From NCBI GenBank assembly GCA_002245135.1, contig NGBS01000918.1, positions 1-53,857 on the forward strand: a DNA stretch of 53,857 nucleotides. Direction: 5' to 3'. Positions within the stretch are counted from its first letter, which is position 1; each line of letters starts with the position of its first letter. Of the stretch, positions 48,498 through 53,857 are shown in pieces. The notes below the pieces were generated by a model that did not search any database, had not been told where the DNA came from, and saw nothing but the letters and a program-made list of their open reading frames with translations. This DNA comes from Proteromonas lacertae. Taxonomy: Eukaryota. A program made the translations under genes and the position numbers.

Positions 48498-48995
48498 ATG
48501 CCTGACCATTTAACATATAATATGCTTAGACAACCTAACGGTGAATATGCTTTTTATATTCATAGATATAGAGACAATAGAGCACATAGATGGGTTATTC
48601 AATTTCCAATTAAAACAATGAAAATATTAAAAAGAAATAAAGTAAAGGTGTTTATATGTGGTTCACTCAGAACTAATAGAAATGATCCAGAAGTACTAGG
48701 TGATTATAGACATCATGGCGATCAATTAATGATAAACCTTAAAACCTATGGGTATGACAGAAGAGCTTCAATATTAGTAATGAATAGAAAATTAAGAAAT
48801 GGAGAACATGAGTATGCAGATGGTGATTGTATTCCTCAAAAATTTAAAAAATATGTTTTTCATCATATGAGTTATCAATGGAATGGAGGGAATTTTTATC
48901 ACATACATCCAGTTGATAGAAATGTTGCTGATGGAATTAGTAGTAGTAGTAGTAGTAGTAGTGATAGTAGTAGTAGTAATAGTGACTCTGATTAA
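48498..48995 (+). CDS. Hypothetical protein with Ser-rich tail
   Basis: 165 aa ATG-start ORF ending in (AGT)n-encoded poly-Ser. Confidence 0.6.
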   Translation: MPDHLTYNMLRQPNGEYAFYIHRYRDNRAHRWVIQFPIKTMKILKRNKVKVFICGSLRTNRNDPEVLGDYRHHGDQLMINLKTYGYDRRASILVMNRKLRNGEHEYADGDCIPQKFKKYVFHHMSYQWNGGNFYHIHPVDRNVADGISSSSSSSSDSSSSNSDSD

Positions 48996-49105
48996 ATACT
49001 TAAAAATTCTATTATTATTATTATTATATATGTTTGTTTTTGTTTGATAAACATACTATTAATAGTTACTATATTTTAAATAATATCTATTATAAAAATC
49101 ACAAC

Positions 49106-49477
49106 ATGTCTTATTATGGAGGATGGCCAAAAGGGTTTAAAATTAGTAAAGACTGGAATACATATATTCCTAAATCAGTTAACAGGAGTAAATGGAGAAA
49201 GAGCTATGATTTGTATAGAGACAAAGTAAAGAATGCACTACAAAACAAAACAAAAGTTAAATTACAATATAGACAATTGATGAAAATGTATGAACGATTA
49301 TTAGCTGCTAATCCACCTAAACAAAGAGGAAGACCAAAAGGAAGTAAAGATAGAGCAAAACGTAAACCAAGACGAGCCGGGCCACGAGCCGCGCCAAAGA
49401 ATGATCCACATCGTATAGTTGTGCATAATGGCAGGCATTATCAGTATGGTATTCCAGTTCCTAATATGGATAATTAA
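49106..49477 (+). CDS. Small basic AT-hook protein (candidate viral core/DNA-condensing protein)
   Basis: PKQRGRPKGSK AT-hook followed by an Arg/Lys-rich tract; first ATG at 49106. Confidence 0.6.
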   Translation: MSYYGGWPKGFKISKDWNTYIPKSVNRSKWRKSYDLYRDKVKNALQNKTKVKLQYRQLMKMYERLLAANPPKQRGRPKGSKDRAKRKPRRAGPRAAPKNDPHRIVVHNGRHYQYGIPVPNMDN

Positions 49478-49583
49478 AGTAATTCTATATATATTCTGTT
49501 TTTTATGTAATGTTATGTGTGTTTGTTTTTGGTGTTTGGTATTGCTATATCCGGCGACCACTTTGCAACTTGAATTGTAATAT

Positions 49584-49654
49584 AAGTTACAACTGGCGCC
49601 AGTTGTAACTTGAATTGTGATGTATCTTACAACTTGGGCTAGTTGTAAGATACA
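49584..49654. other. Pair of related dyad-symmetric sites TTACAACT-N6-AGTTGTAA
   Basis: Perfect 28 bp palindrome 49584-49611 and a 14-6-14 inverted repeat 49621-49654, between convergent ORFs. Confidence 0.8.
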
Positions 49655-49714
49655 AGTTTAACCAAAAATAAAAAAAACATAATATAATAATATAATATAA
49701 AGAGTGAAATAAAT

Positions 49715-49951
49715 TTAAATAGTCATTTTCCTTTGTTTAGTGATTTCAATAAGAGACTGAATATCCTTAAGTGTCTTATCATGTTCTAACCCTTTATTCA
49801 TCATGGCATCTATATTATTTCTAAGTTCTTCTATGTCTGTATTGTTTGGAATACAATTGTGTGCCTTTAAGTATTTGAAAAGAGCCAAAGCTATCATATA
49901 CAATACAAATACGAGAACTGAAAGCAAAACAGTTATTACATCAAAGTCCAT
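49715..49951 (-). CDS. Small single-TM coiled-coil viral protein
   Basis: N-terminal TM helix then heptad-like segment; similar to part of 37139-37771. Confidence 0.6.
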   Translation of the reverse strand: MDFDVITVLLSVLVFVLYMIALALFKYLKAHNCIPNNTDIEELRNNIDAMMNKGLEHDKTLKDIQSLIEITKQRKMTI

Positions 49952-50019
49952 GTGTGTTTATGAGAATCTTATATAAGAAAAACAAAATTAATCAAAGTAA
50001 TGTATTTATTATCAATAAA

Positions 50020-50622
50020 CTAACTTACAAGACATTGGTTATTATTAATATATTCATCCTTAATGGATCTTGGTGATATTGGAGATAAGTCATAATCTGT
50101 GAGATTGACATTGTCATTGTCATTTTCAAGCTTGACTTGTATTTCTTCTATTTCTTTATTACTACTATCATTAGGAGGAGGAGGAGGTAATATATTAGCT
50201 TCATGATTCATCATAATAATACTTTCTAATAATTGATGAGTTTTTTCAAAAGATGGGTTTCTTTTCTCCTTAATCTTGTTAACACACTCAAGGAACATAT
50301 TAGGTGTAATGCGCACAGTCTCATCTACATCAGAAATACCTAATCTTTGAATTAATTTCTCTTTACTCTCATCCCACCAACATCCATTTTTGAATCTATA
50401 TTCCAAGTCTAATCTATACTGTTCATCGACGTATTTGAGTATATATCTGATCTCACTATAAGTTAATTCCTTTTTCTCGCCACATATCAAATTCCATAAT
50501 TTATATTTGGTTGGTGCCCTCATTTTGCCATCCTTTCTAAAGCAATTAATGAGTATTTGTTTATCAGAGTTGCAAAAGTTATAAGGCACTGTTCTAAATT
50601 TGTGCTCCTGATCGTTATTCAT
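50020..50622 (-). CDS. Hypothetical viral protein
   Basis: 200 aa ATG-start ORF divergent from the capsid module. Confidence 0.6.
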   Translation of the reverse strand: MNNDQEHKFRTVPYNFCNSDKQILINCFRKDGKMRAPTKYKLWNLICGEKKELTYSEIRYILKYVDEQYRLDLEYRFKNGCWWDESKEKLIQRLGISDVDETVRITPNMFLECVNKIKEKRNPSFEKTHQLLESIIMMNHEANILPPPPPNDSSNKEIEEIQVKLENDNDNVNLTDYDLSPISPRSIKDEYINNNQCLVS

Positions 50623-50707
50623 TTTTAAAAAATAAAAGTGTAATTAATACTAATAATGACAATATTGACATTATTAACGAATTTATTTTCAAAATAGATT
50701 TTATATT

Positions 50708-51667
50708 ATGTTAGTTTCGAATCATCGTGTATACTACTTAAATTCTGATATGATTGTGTTATCTGATTCCATGGGTGGAGGAAACAAGTATAAGAAGACA
50801 TTAAAATTGCAATCATTCGATGATGATTATACTCATGTCAGCTTATTACATGCTGTTATACCCAATTCATTCCCAACTATACAGGAAGAAACAAATGATG
50901 AGTTTTCATTAGTATTCACATTGGGATGGAGACATGATGTTCAAGTAGATGAACCAAAGTATCCAAACATCATAAAACACCTCAAAATACCAGAAGGATT
51001 CTATGATGAAACTCAGATATTAAGTATGATTAATAATTTAGTCAAAAATATGACATATGATGTTTTTGGAATAAAAGATGATGCATATAATGAAGATGGT
51101 TCACATGTGTCTATTATACAAGGAAAAGGAGATTTATTTCGTATAGACAATTTCGATGATAATCAAACATATCATATTGAGGTAGCTAATGATATGAATA
51201 TAATATATTATCAAAAAGACCCAGTATATTGGATAGAAAAATTAGAGATCATCACCAAAGATCTTAGTTACAAAATATTAGGTATACCCAAAAACAATTA
51301 CTGGTGTTGTTTTAAAGAATATATTCCATCTGAAGAACCAGAGAATCAACAAGAAATTATGGTTAAGCCATTCCCATTTACTCATTTGCCATTTCGTCCA
51401 TCTTTGATATGGGTTAATTCTATATCCATTAGATTAGACATAGTGAATATTATGCAGGATTCAAATGTATTAGAAAATATACCCGTTTCAAATCCAGAGT
51501 TGCCATTTATTACATATCAGAATAATGACATATTGAATACATCGAAGAGATTTAATAATACCTATAACAATGGTATGATCACTATTCAGATTACTCAACA
51601 AAATGGCTATGAACTTAATCTTGATAATATTGAGTTTAATTTAGATATTGTTGTATTTAAAGTCTAA
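50708..51667 (+). CDS. Minor capsid (penton, single jelly-roll) protein
   Basis: YYLNSD, VSLLHAVIPNSF, KIPEGFYD..IL..IN, ITIQITQQNG.ELNLDN.EFNL pattern typical of Polinton-like/virophage mCPs; located directly upstream of MCP and ATPase. Confidence 0.75.
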   Translation: MLVSNHRVYYLNSDMIVLSDSMGGGNKYKKTLKLQSFDDDYTHVSLLHAVIPNSFPTIQEETNDEFSLVFTLGWRHDVQVDEPKYPNIIKHLKIPEGFYDETQILSMINNLVKNMTYDVFGIKDDAYNEDGSHVSIIQGKGDLFRIDNFDDNQTYHIEVANDMNIIYYQKDPVYWIEKLEIITKDLSYKILGIPKNNYWCCFKEYIPSEEPENQQEIMVKPFPFTHLPFRPSLIWVNSISIRLDIVNIMQDSNVLENIPVSNPELPFITYQNNDILNTSKRFNNTYNNGMITIQITQQNGYELNLDNIEFNLDIVVFKV

Positions 51668-51698
51668 TTTTTATATTTCTTTATTCTTTTGTTTTCTA

Positions 51699-53183
51699 AT
51701 GGCTTTATCTATTCCAAAAGAACAGAAACATGGTGTAGATGTCCCTGTGATGCTACCCTTCTATAATTATGTGAGATTGACTCCGATGGGATCAACATCA
51801 GAATATACTCTAAGTGATAACACGTATACAGAAGAGATTAGATGGGAGATAAGTGGAGATAATATCATTAATCTCGCTAAGTCATATATTCAATTCGATA
51901 TAGATGTGGAAACAGAACCATTAGCAAAAGGTTCAGAAGCAGGTGCTGTTAGAGCAGATTTAAGTAAGAAACTTATAAATAAAGATGATGATTTATATCC
52001 AAGTACAATTGGAGGAATTAAAGAAGGGTTTGGCTTGGCCTCTTTTAGAATTTGTAATCAGACTGGAACAGATCTGGTCAAGCTTGATGATTCATATGAA
52101 CCATATCGTGTATTTATGGACGAATTAGTTAGAAAGAGATGTGATATATTCTATCAAGACAATTACTATGATGGAATACAATTAGATTGGAGTAACGATG
52201 AACATAGTTATCTTATTCAAGATGTTAATAAATGGAAAATGGACCAAAGAAGGTGATGATGATATGCATGTTAGTGTTATAGACATTTCTGATGAAAGTA
52301 ATAATAAAGTAACTAATGCTACTGTGTATAAGAGTAAAAAGACATTACATTTCAAATTACAGTTAGGTAAATTTTACAATACATTTGGCTGCATTAAAGA
52401 GTGATGTATTCTTTGGAGAGAGAATGTATATATGCATTCGATTCCAAACTAAAGCAAATTATGGAAATTTGAAATCATATACACCAACCGAATATTGTAT
52501 TGATGAAAATGGCTATGAAGATTTAAATAATGTTATAGCATGGGATAGGGATGGTGGTATTAAAAATATGACATTTAAGAATTTTAAATTTTATGCTTAT
52601 ATCAACAAGGATACTCAATGCAACAATAATAACCAAACAATATTGTTTATCAAAACCTATTCAATTCAATGATTTCAGATGCCATCAAATTGTTGTACCA
52701 TCAGGTGGTTCTGGCATATTCAATTATTCATTCACATTGAATAGTTCCAATGGGCCATTTGTTCGTTACATAATCTATAGGCCATGGATAGAATCATTAA
52801 AAAGATATGCACATGTACCTGAAAATGCACAATTCAGATGGATGATTAATGATTTTGTATATCAGCCAGATTATACACTTATGCAATATTATGATAGCTT
52901 CATGACTGTCCGTGAATATTTCCAAGACTCATGGTTTGATATATTCAGAAAAGATAAGAAGTTCAATGACAAGTTCTTTGAAATATTGAATTTTGGTTCT
53001 AAGGACTTGGACAATATTAAGAACCAGGCAGGTAGACCTTTGGCTACTGATTTGAAAATAACCTTTGAATTTTCAACACCTGGTACAAATGACTTTACTA
53101 ATAATGATATATCTCATCGTTTCTATATCATCACTGGACGTATGGTCACTATTAATGGAAGTGGTATTGTAAGTGTAGTTTAA
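51699..53183 (+). pseudogene. Major capsid (double jelly-roll) protein, three frameshifts
   Basis: Four overlapping ORFs total ~490 aa, beta-rich; IRWEI...INLAKSYIQFDI N-terminal pattern; lies between mCP and ATPase; paralog fragment at 35614. Confidence 0.7.
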
Positions 53184-53248
53184 AAAATCATAATCATAAT
53201 ATCGATAACGGTTATATTTCTTATAATTATGTTTTTGTTATTTTTGTT

Positions 53249-53857
53249 ATGAGTAAAGTTAATTTAGAAAAAATAAAACATAGTCATAAATCCTGTTGAG
53301 ACAGTAGTCAAAGGATGTGGAAAACGTTCCAAAGATAGTGTCCTTGGATATGACTATTTTCAGGAGCCTTTCTGCAACATATTTATTTTAGCTAAGAAAA
53401 ACAGTGGTAAGACTACACTTATATTTAATATGATCCAACACTTGCTAAAAAAGGGATATGACCAAGTGTATTTTTTCGTTGCAACTATATCCAAGGATAT
53501 CATATATGAGAAAATCACTGATATGCTCAAGTATAACCAAATTGAGTACCATTGCTATGATTCAGTAGTGAATGAAGATAGAGTGAATATATTGGATGCA
53601 GTATTAGATAATATCAAAGATATAGACAAAGATAATTATGATTACCAGAGAATATATTTATATTCGATGATATATCATTTGATTTAAGAAATAAATCCGT
53701 TTCTAAATTACTTAAGTCAAACCGTCATTACAAGTCAAAAGTAATTATATCAAGTCAATATGTCACTGACATTACTCCTCTGTTCGTTTACAGCTTGATT
53801 ACTGTTTGGTATTCAAAACCTGAGTATGGCTAATTTAAGAAATTTGTATGCAAGTTT
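53249..53857 (+). pseudogene. A32-like (FtsK-HerA) genome packaging ATPase, frameshifted, runs off window
   Basis: Walker A IFILAKKNSGKTT; in the next frame Walker B IFIFDD and NRHYKSKVIISSQ (RH...Q motif). Confidence 0.88.

Larger units (their letters stand above)
38332..53857. mobile_element. Polinton/Maverick-like endogenous virus region B (possibly more than one element; runs past window end)
   Basis: Mostly intronless, dense ORFs with integrase, pPolB, protease C-terminus, minor capsid, major capsid and A32 ATPase; no TIR found. Confidence 0.85.

Noticed and set aside
48937..48984. (AGT)n tract as a Polinton terminal AGT repeat
   Set aside because: It lies in frame within an ORF as poly-Ser, and no matching inverted terminus was found.
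10220..49561. Short antisense or alternate-frame ORFs (e.g. 10220-10579, 17917-18126, 21808-22089, 27843-28061, 39869-40219, 41728-42003, 49301-49561)
   Set aside because: They are shadows of better-supported genes on the other strand or frame and show no motifs.
1..53857. Bacterial origin or contamination of the contig because of LicD/OafA/FkbM genes
   Set aside because: A telomere array, spliceosomal introns and eukaryotic transposons are interleaved with these genes.
1..53857. CRISPR array, tRNA or rRNA genes
   Set aside because: No regularly spaced repeat-spacer array or recognisable structural RNA gene was seen by eye.

Overview
Left end of a very AT-rich eukaryotic chromosome. It opens with a (CCCTAA)n telomere array (1-303), followed immediately by a ~28 kb, tightly packed cluster of surface-glycan genes: GT10 fucosyltransferase, LicD phosphocholine transferase, several OafA-like AT3-SGNH O-acyltransferases, FkbM methyltransferase, two-domain phosphoethanolamine N-methyltransferase, GT2-like, GT31, GT15, GT92, two O-fucosyltransferase-like genes, GDPD and DUF229. 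Several genes carry 24-32 nt GT-AG introns, and one acyltransferase is present as a 1375 bp inverted duplication that created a chimeric gene. DNA transposons are interleaved: two hAT elements with exact 8 bp TSDs, a TGT...ACA MITE with a 5 bp TSD, a Tc1 DD34E transposase, a Harbinger fragment and a Ginger-like integrase/Ulp1 element. From ~35.6 kb to the end the window is a mosaic of at least two decayed Polinton/Maverick-like endogenous viruses (rve integrases, protein-primed PolB, adenain-like protease, minor and major capsid proteins, A32 packaging ATPase). A Blastocystis-like gut protist host is my inference from intron size, telomere type and gene content; it is not shown by the sequence. 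All family calls come from motif recognition by eye, without database searches.
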